This document shows, piece after piece, positions 50,540-55,732 of a stretch of 55,732 nucleotides of DNA. The notes under the pieces were generated by a model. The model ran no database searches. It was not told the DNA's origin and was given only the letters and a program-made list of their open reading frames with translations. Source of the stretch: Fervidobacterium sp. (GTDB taxonomy: Bacteria > Thermotogota > Thermotogae > Thermotogales > Fervidobacteriaceae); contig JANZZV010000012.1 of the NCBI GenBank assembly GCA_026419195.1, positions 1-55,732 of the forward strand, written 5' to 3'. A program made the position numbers and the translations under genes. Within the stretch, counting starts at the first letter, position 1. Every line of letters begins with the position of its first letter.

Positions 50540-51334
50540 TCAGAATTTCAATCCAACAGCCCCGAGAGGATTTACTATACAAAATGTAAGTGTTTCGGTT
50601 ATAAAGAGTTTTACTTCAGTGTCGGTATTTCCTTCATATCCAACTGAAAAATCCTGACCTATAAACAGTTTGAAATGGTTACCTTGAGCAATAACTATAG
50701 CTTCATCTATCCTTGGAGTTGGCACAACTCTTCCACCTTCTAACAAATTTAAAAGTACTCTATTTGCTTGGTAAAAGTATTGGTCAGAAATCATTTCTTT
50801 CCACACATTAGCTGAGATCAACAAGTTGTATGGGCCAGAGACACCATCTTCTTTTAAAATCTGTATCGCTCTTTGAACACTTGAAGGAAATTTCACATCA
50901 TCTTTAACTGCTGATAAATTTCTCTCTTTGATTATTTCAACTATTCCTTTTATTCCATATTCTGGACAACCAAAAAACACGAGCTCATCTTCAAATTTTG
51001 CTACTTGTCTTGCAGCGTCTTCTAAAGCTGATAAATCAGGTGCTTGAGCTCCACGTTCAATGTTGTCCAAATCCCAAATTTTAAGTTTGAAAGAAGCTCG
51101 TAATTCAACAACAGGTAATATCTTTCTTATTCCCCATTGAACTTTATCAGTATCATCAGATTTTACTTCAACTTCCCCGAGTGGCAATGCAGAAAACTGC
51201 CATCCAAGTGGCCCGTGTATATCTACTACTCTTCTTGCATACAAGTTATTTTTTAAGATTTCTTTGGTTCTCTCGTCTATCTCTTTCCAACTTTTTGTAG
51301 TTATAGGAGCAAACGTCCTTTTTAGAAATTCCAT
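50540..51334 (-). CDS. Family-1 encapsulin shell protein (linocin M18-like)
   Basis: MEFLKRTFAPITTKSWKEIDERTKE... and ...FITETLTFCIVNP closely parallel the T. maritima encapsulin N- and C-termini. Confidence 0.85.
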   Translation of the reverse strand: MEFLKRTFAPITTKSWKEIDERTKEILKNNLYARRVVDIHGPLGWQFSALPLGEVEVKSDDTDKVQWGIRKILPVVELRASFKLKIWDLDNIERGAQAPDLSALEDAARQVAKFEDELVFFGCPEYGIKGIVEIIKERNLSAVKDDVKFPSSVQRAIQILKEDGVSGPYNLLISANVWKEMISDQYFYQANRVLLNLLEGGRVVPTPRIDEAIVIAQGNHFKLFIGQDFSVGYEGNTDTEVKLFITETLTFCIVNPLGAVGLKF

Positions 51335-51362
51335 AGATTCACACCTCCTGAGATCATAAGAC

Positions 51363-51701
51363 TTATGGCCTTATAAGTCCTTTGTCTAAATTGTTTTCTG
51401 CTTCATGTTCTACAGTGGATTTTTCTACCTCAGTTACAGGTGATTCTGTAAAAAGATATGTTCTCAAGGCCTTGTCAAATTCAGGAATTCTTCTTCTCAA
51501 AACCTCTAAAACCATGGCTGCGTGTTCCATCTCTTCGTCGCGATTGTGCTTTACAACAGCTTTTACTTCTGGATCTTTTGACACAGACATTCTTTGGTTG
51601 TACCAATCAATTGCTTCAAGTTCTTCTATAAGGCTTCTAATAAGTCTTGTTAAATCTCTATCAAAATCTTGGAGTTCTTCGTATGGTTCGTGATAACTCA
51701 T
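51363..51701 (-). CDS. Encapsulated ferritin-like cargo protein (EncFtn)
   Basis: 112 aa with ExxH ferroxidase motifs (EELEAIDWY..., EEMEHAAM) and a short C-terminal tail (cargo-loading peptide region), directly upstream of the encapsulin. Confidence 0.75.
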   Translation of the reverse strand: MSYHEPYEELQDFDRDLTRLIRSLIEELEAIDWYNQRMSVSKDPEVKAVVKHNRDEEMEHAAMVLEVLRRRIPEFDKALRTYLFTESPVTEVEKSTVEHEAENNLDKGLIRP

Positions 51702-51719
51702 TCAAGTTCCCCCCTTTTT

Positions 51720-52673
51720 TTAAATCTTTTTAGATTCCATTTCTATTATAACATTCCTAATAGTGCTTTTTGATTTTTCAAACAGAATATTTTCTTCATG
51801 TGTCAGATTAAGTCTTAGTACTTTCTCCACACCTTTGCGACCTAAAACAGCCGGGTAACCAATGTACACATCATCAATTAAGACAGAAGGTGTCCACACC
51901 TTTTTTTCGTCTTTGATCATACTTTCTATAATTGAACCTACGACAGAGCCTATTGCTAAATATGTTGCTCCCTTCTTCTGGATAATCTTGTATGCTGCAT
52001 TTTTTACTTCTTCAACTAATATTTCTAAATTAGGACACTTTCCAGCCACATAATTTTTGCACTGAATACAATAATCTACAAGTTTTAATCCACCAATGGT
52101 AGCTATTGAAAATGGTACAAATTCACTGTCACCATGTTCACCGATGACGTATGCATGTATACTGCTTGGTGCGATATCACAGATACTTGACAACAAAGTT
52201 CTCAGCCTTGCAGTATCAAGTGTTGTGCCAGTACCTATTACCTTGTTACTGCTAAATCCAGTATATTTCCAAAGAAAATAAGTTAGGACATCAACAGGGT
52301 TTGTAACGTTTATTATTATGCTATCTTGAGCATATATTCTTAGTTCATGTGCAATTTGTTTTATAATCTTCAAGTTTTTTTCCACAAGATCTAATCTTGT
52401 CTCGCCTGGTTTTTGACTATAGCCTGCTGTTATAACAACAAAATCGCTGTCAAATATATTTTCGTGTGATCCCGCTTTAACATTGCATTTCTTAAACATT
52501 GCAGAACTGTGTAATAAATCAAGAGCTTCACCCTCAGCCTTCTCTGTATCTATATCTACAAGTACAATTTCATCAATTAATGCTCTGTGAATCAGTGAAA
52601 ATGCGACACTAACCCCTACTCTACCTGCGCCGTAAATACTCACCTTCATGCAAACCACCTCGGAAAAGCTCAT
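51720..52673 (-). CDS. ldh: L-lactate (or malate) dehydrogenase, LDH/MDH family
   Basis: N-terminal GAGRVG NAD fold; the GEHGDSE motif favours L-LDH. Confidence 0.7.
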   Translation of the reverse strand: MSFSEVVCMKVSIYGAGRVGVSVAFSLIHRALIDEIVLVDIDTEKAEGEALDLLHSSAMFKKCNVKAGSHENIFDSDFVVITAGYSQKPGETRLDLVEKNLKIIKQIAHELRIYAQDSIIINVTNPVDVLTYFLWKYTGFSSNKVIGTGTTLDTARLRTLLSSICDIAPSSIHAYVIGEHGDSEFVPFSIATIGGLKLVDYCIQCKNYVAGKCPNLEILVEEVKNAAYKIIQKKGATYLAIGSVVGSIIESMIKDEKKVWTPSVLIDDVYIGYPAVLGRKGVEKVLRLNLTHEENILFEKSKSTIRNVIIEMESKKI

Positions 52674-52691
52674 ATTTTAAAAATATGGTAT

Positions 52692-53321
52692 TTACAAGAT
52701 CAAAGGTTGTTTACCACTTTTAACCATTAAATATCGCCTCTCGACTTCATTCCAATCAACGACATTCCAGAAATTATCAATATATTCGCTCCTTTTGTTT
52801 TGATATTTCAAGTAATATGCATGTTCCCATACATCCAAACCCAGAAATGGCAATCTTCTTTCCATAATTGGGTTATCTTGATTTGGTGTGGAATAAAGAA
52901 TTATCTTCCCATGCTCGTAAATTGCCCATGCCCAGCCGCTGCCAAATCTATTAAGCGCCACTTTCTTAAACTCTGCTTTAAAATTCTCAAAGTCGCCAAA
53001 CTGATTGACTAAGTCTTTAAAAAGTTCTCCTTCGGAATTAAAACTTGCTGCTTTTTTTAACTGTGACCACCAGAAAGTATGATTATAGTGACCTCCTCCG
53101 TTGTTGCGAACAACGATCTTGATGTCCTCGGGTAAGCTTTCCAAATCTAAGAGTAATTCTATGAGTAATTTATCTTTCAGATAGGGATATTTTTCAATCG
53201 CCGAGTTCAAATTGTTTACGTAAGCACTATGATGACCATTGTAGTGAATATTCATTGTTTTTGCATCAATATACGGCTCTAACGCATCAAAACCGTAAGA
53301 TAATTCCGGTAGTCTAAACAT
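52692..53321 (-). CDS. sod: Fe/Mn superoxide dismutase
   Basis: Motifs HYNGHH..YVNNLN and DVWEHAYY. Confidence 0.85.
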   Translation of the reverse strand: MFRLPELSYGFDALEPYIDAKTMNIHYNGHHSAYVNNLNSAIEKYPYLKDKLLIELLLDLESLPEDIKIVVRNNGGGHYNHTFWWSQLKKAASFNSEGELFKDLVNQFGDFENFKAEFKKVALNRFGSGWAWAIYEHGKIILYSTPNQDNPIMERRLPFLGLDVWEHAYYLKYQNKRSEYIDNFWNVVDWNEVERRYLMVKSGKQPLIL

Positions 53322-53388
53322 AACAACACCTCCTCATCAAAAGCTTTTCTTGTAAAATTTTATACTTAGTCTAAGCTAAGTCAGACTT

Positions 53389-53417
53389 ATTATAATACAA
53401 CATATAATGTTTGTCAA
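53389..53417 (-). promoter_or_regulatory. Consensus sigma70 promoter for sod (and probably sod-ldh-EncFtn-encapsulin)
   Basis: Minus strand: TTGACA(53417-53412)-17 nt-TATAAT(53394-53389). The -10 sits inside the 12-bp palindrome TTATTATAATAA; two further palindromes (TAAGTCtGACTTA, CTTAGaCTAAG) lie just downstream. Confidence 0.6.
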
Positions 53418-53467
53418 CTAAAAACTTGAAACGTGAGGAGGTGGACTTGATAAAACATAGGTGATTG

Positions 53468-53920
53468 TTAAAATTTTTTGATAATCTCTTTCACAAATTC
53501 TCTTGCTTTTTCCAAGTCCACTTTGTTGGGTCTATCAATGTTTATATTTTTCTTTCCGAAAAACCAGCCAGTGTAAGCGCCTGGGCAGTTGAATTCTCCA
53601 ATAATTGCGAAACCCTTCTTTTCGAGAAATTTTTTCATACTTTTGTGGTATTTTATTCCATTTAAATCCCCGGAAGTTGAAAAGAGAAATACTTTTTTAC
53701 CTTTTGGTTGGCTAACTTTTTTGAAGAGTTTTTTTAATTTTCTGTCCATTCCAAAGGCATAAATTCCTGAGCCAATTCCAATAAGTTCATAATTATCCAG
53801 TTCTGATGAGTTGACATCTTCGACGGTCTTTGCTTCACATTTAAGTTCATCCGCCATTTCGAGTGCAACCTTTTTTGTGTTCCCTTTGTGCTTTGAAATG
53901 TAAACAATCAAGCATTTCAT
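53468..53920 (-). CDS. Flavodoxin-like fold protein
   Basis: 150 aa; MKCLIVYISKHKGNTKKVA N-terminus typical of a flavodoxin/FMN-binding domain. Confidence 0.5.
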   Translation of the reverse strand: MKCLIVYISKHKGNTKKVALEMADELKCEAKTVEDVNSSELDNYELIGIGSGIYAFGMDRKLKKLFKKVSQPKGKKVFLFSTSGDLNGIKYHKSMKKFLEKKGFAIIGEFNCPGAYTGWFFGKKNINIDRPNKVDLEKAREFVKEIIKKF

Positions 53921-53965
53921 CGATATCCCCCCTTATCTTTTTTACGAAAATATTTTACCATATAA

Positions 53966-53997
53966 AATACAACAAGGTCACTCGACCTTGTTGTATT
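53966..53997 (-). terminator. Terminator of the Fe-ADH gene
   Basis: AATACAACAAGGTC-actc-GACCTTGTTGTATT (14-bp perfect stem) followed on the minus strand by TTTTAT. Confidence 0.6.
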
Positions 53998-54038
53998 CGT
54001 TTCTTTTTATGAGTTCTAACAATATTGAAGGTGCTTAA

Positions 54039-55250
54039 TTATTTCATTCTCCACATAGAATTTCTGTATATTCTTTCAATTATTTGCTTAGTTGCTTCGA
54101 TGGGTGCCATGCTTAAAAGTAATCCGAGTGATGGAGTTTCCAGAGCAAGGTTTGTTAATTTTTCAATATCCGTTTCTTTGAATCCTTCATCGCTCAACTT
54201 TTGAGTTATTCCAACACTGCATAACCACTGTTCAATACCATAAGCTATCTCTTCCGCTTCGGATGGAATTCCTTTTAGTCCAGATACAATCGGGCTATAA
54301 ATTTCTGATAGTATTTCTGCTGTTGCAGGATATATTTCTTTTACTACAGCAGGTAAGAGCATTGCAAGCCCCAGACCATGTGCTAAGTCAGGTTTAACCG
54401 CACTAAGTGGATGCTCAAGAGCATGTGTAAAGTGCAATAAACCATTATCAAAAGAAATCCCTGCTATTGCCGAAGCATATAATAGATAGTATCTTGCATT
54501 TAAATCGTTTGGATTACTCAATGCTTGTGGTAGGTAATTTGCTATTAATCTTACAACTTCTTTTGCCAAGAGTATCGAGTAAGGATTTCTTCCAAGCGTT
54601 GTAGCTGCTTCTGTAATGTGATTTAGTGCGTCTATAGTAGTGTATAATGTTTGTTTGTAAGGAAGTGTCACCATTAATTGTGGATCGTCAATGGCAAACG
54701 TTGGATATATACAATCATAAGCGATCGCGGGTTTATATTTTTTTTCAGTTATTGTGGCAACTGCAAACCTGTCAACTTCCGTACCTGTACCATGTGTGGT
54801 GTTGATAGCAATTATTGGTTTTGCTTTGCTCGGAATAAACTTTCCTTCATAAAGTTCTTCTGCACTCTTGTTTTTATATTCAAGTAAAATTGCTACGCTT
54901 TTTGCCGCGTCTATTGGGCTACCTCCACCTATACCTATGACTGCTTCCGCATTGAAATCCTTTCCTAGGTTTGTTGCTTCGTTTATCTGAGAAGTTGTCG
55001 GATTTGGAGAGACTTCGTCATAAACCAAGTATTTAATTTTTTTCGATTTTAGTGCCTTTTCAACTACATCCCATGCACCTGTTACCTTGTATGCCACTGG
55101 ATCTGTTACAACAATGACTTTCTTCTTCTTTTGATTTGAAAGCCATTCCGAAATGTCTTCTATCTTCTTAATTGCTCCAACACCAAAATAGCATGTTGTC
55201 TTGCATCTAAGTTCGAAAATGTTGTAGATATTCACCTTTCTTTCCCACAT
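54039..55250 (-). CDS. Iron-containing alcohol dehydrogenase
   Basis: Fe-ADH signatures GGGSPIDAAK and metal-binding His cluster (HALEH...H). Confidence 0.8.
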   Translation of the reverse strand: MWERKVNIYNIFELRCKTTCYFGVGAIKKIEDISEWLSNQKKKKVIVVTDPVAYKVTGAWDVVEKALKSKKIKYLVYDEVSPNPTTSQINEATNLGKDFNAEAVIGIGGGSPIDAAKSVAILLEYKNKSAEELYEGKFIPSKAKPIIAINTTHGTGTEVDRFAVATITEKKYKPAIAYDCIYPTFAIDDPQLMVTLPYKQTLYTTIDALNHITEAATTLGRNPYSILLAKEVVRLIANYLPQALSNPNDLNARYYLLYASAIAGISFDNGLLHFTHALEHPLSAVKPDLAHGLGLAMLLPAVVKEIYPATAEILSEIYSPIVSGLKGIPSEAEEIAYGIEQWLCSVGITQKLSDEGFKETDIEKLTNLALETPSLGLLLSMAPIEATKQIIERIYRNSMWRMK

Positions 55251-55515
55251 TTTTAATACCTCCTTGCTCTTCGAATGATAAGTGATTTATTTCACAATAA
55301 TTATAACCTTAAAATGCTACTTTTTGTTTCTATTTGTGAAAGAGTTCACAAAAAATATGTTTAAATAATGTAAGAATCGATTTTCATCTTCTTCGTTTCC
55401 TTGAGTTTGTACATATTATAAATTTTTAAGTGTTAAACAATTTTATAAAATCTATGATATAATTACTTTGATGGAAATATAATTGACTGAAAGGTTTATT
55501 CCTGAGGTGATATTA

Positions 55516-55732
55516 ATGATTAGGATAAGTATAAACAGATGCATAAACATAAGTTTAATTGCAGTAAGCTTGCTCATATTTTTTGTCTTTATCATAATTA
55601 GTTTCATCGCTTTTGAAAGCATAGTCCTCGAAAAACTTCACAAAACCCTGCGTGCTGAGTTTAAAAAAATCAACAACGTCGTTGCTGGTCGTGATAACTT
55701 TGATTCTTTAATACAAATTATGCAAAAATATA
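55516..55732 (+). CDS. 5' part of a membrane protein gene running off the window (likely a sensor: N-terminal TM helix)
   Basis: ATG 55516 after GAGGTGATA; the ORF is open to the window end; begins MIRISINRCINISLIAVSLLIFFVFII. Confidence 0.3.
   Translation, partial: MIRISINRCINISLIAVSLLIFFVFIIISFIAFESIVLEKLHKTLRAEFKKINNVVAGRDNFDSLIQIMQKY

Overview
This 55.7-kb window is low-GC and mostly housekeeping chromosome, probably from a thermophilic Thermotogae-type bacterium. Protein composition is K/E/I-rich, GGAGG-type Shine-Dalgarno sites are strong, GTG/TTG starts are frequent, and the encapsulin/EncFtn pair resembles the Thermotoga maritima proteins.

Gene content, left to right:
- photolyase (+) convergent with infB (-);
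- a marR-epimerase operon (-);
- PEP carboxykinase (+) and peroxiredoxin (+);
- glycogen phosphorylase (-);
- a complete histidine operon hisZ-G-D-C-B-H-A-F-IE (-, 18093 to 10897), with translationally coupled overlaps and a His-codon leader-peptide attenuator;
- a ~5.9-kb accessory segment (about 18.62-24.52 kb) carrying a radical-SAM/SPASM + M50-like membrane protease + MacB/FtsX ABC exporter cluster (RiPP-like), disrupted by an ISL3-family IS;
- a 16-gene aromatic supraoperon aroF-aroB-aroD-aroE/K-aroA-aroC-pheA-tyrA-trpEGDCFBA (+, 26685-41500), preceded by a 44-aa leader peptide with the run Tyr-Trp-Trp-Phe-Tyr-Tyr-Tyr and a terminator/antiterminator;
- a DUF429 gene and a ~1-kb ORF-free region;
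- an EAL-domain protein;
- a second chemoreceptor (MCP) interrupted by an in-frame TGA;
- a GH13 enzyme, tRNA-Ser(TGA) and an MFS transporter;
- an oxidative-stress/iron operon sod-ldh-EncFtn-encapsulin (-);
- a flavodoxin-like gene and an Fe-ADH.

The accessory segment interrupts both a chemoreceptor (MCP) gene and its own rSAM/SPASM gene in a circularly permuted way. That is the signature of Campbell-type integration of a small circular element.

All coordinates were derived by hand from the printed sequence; no database search was possible.
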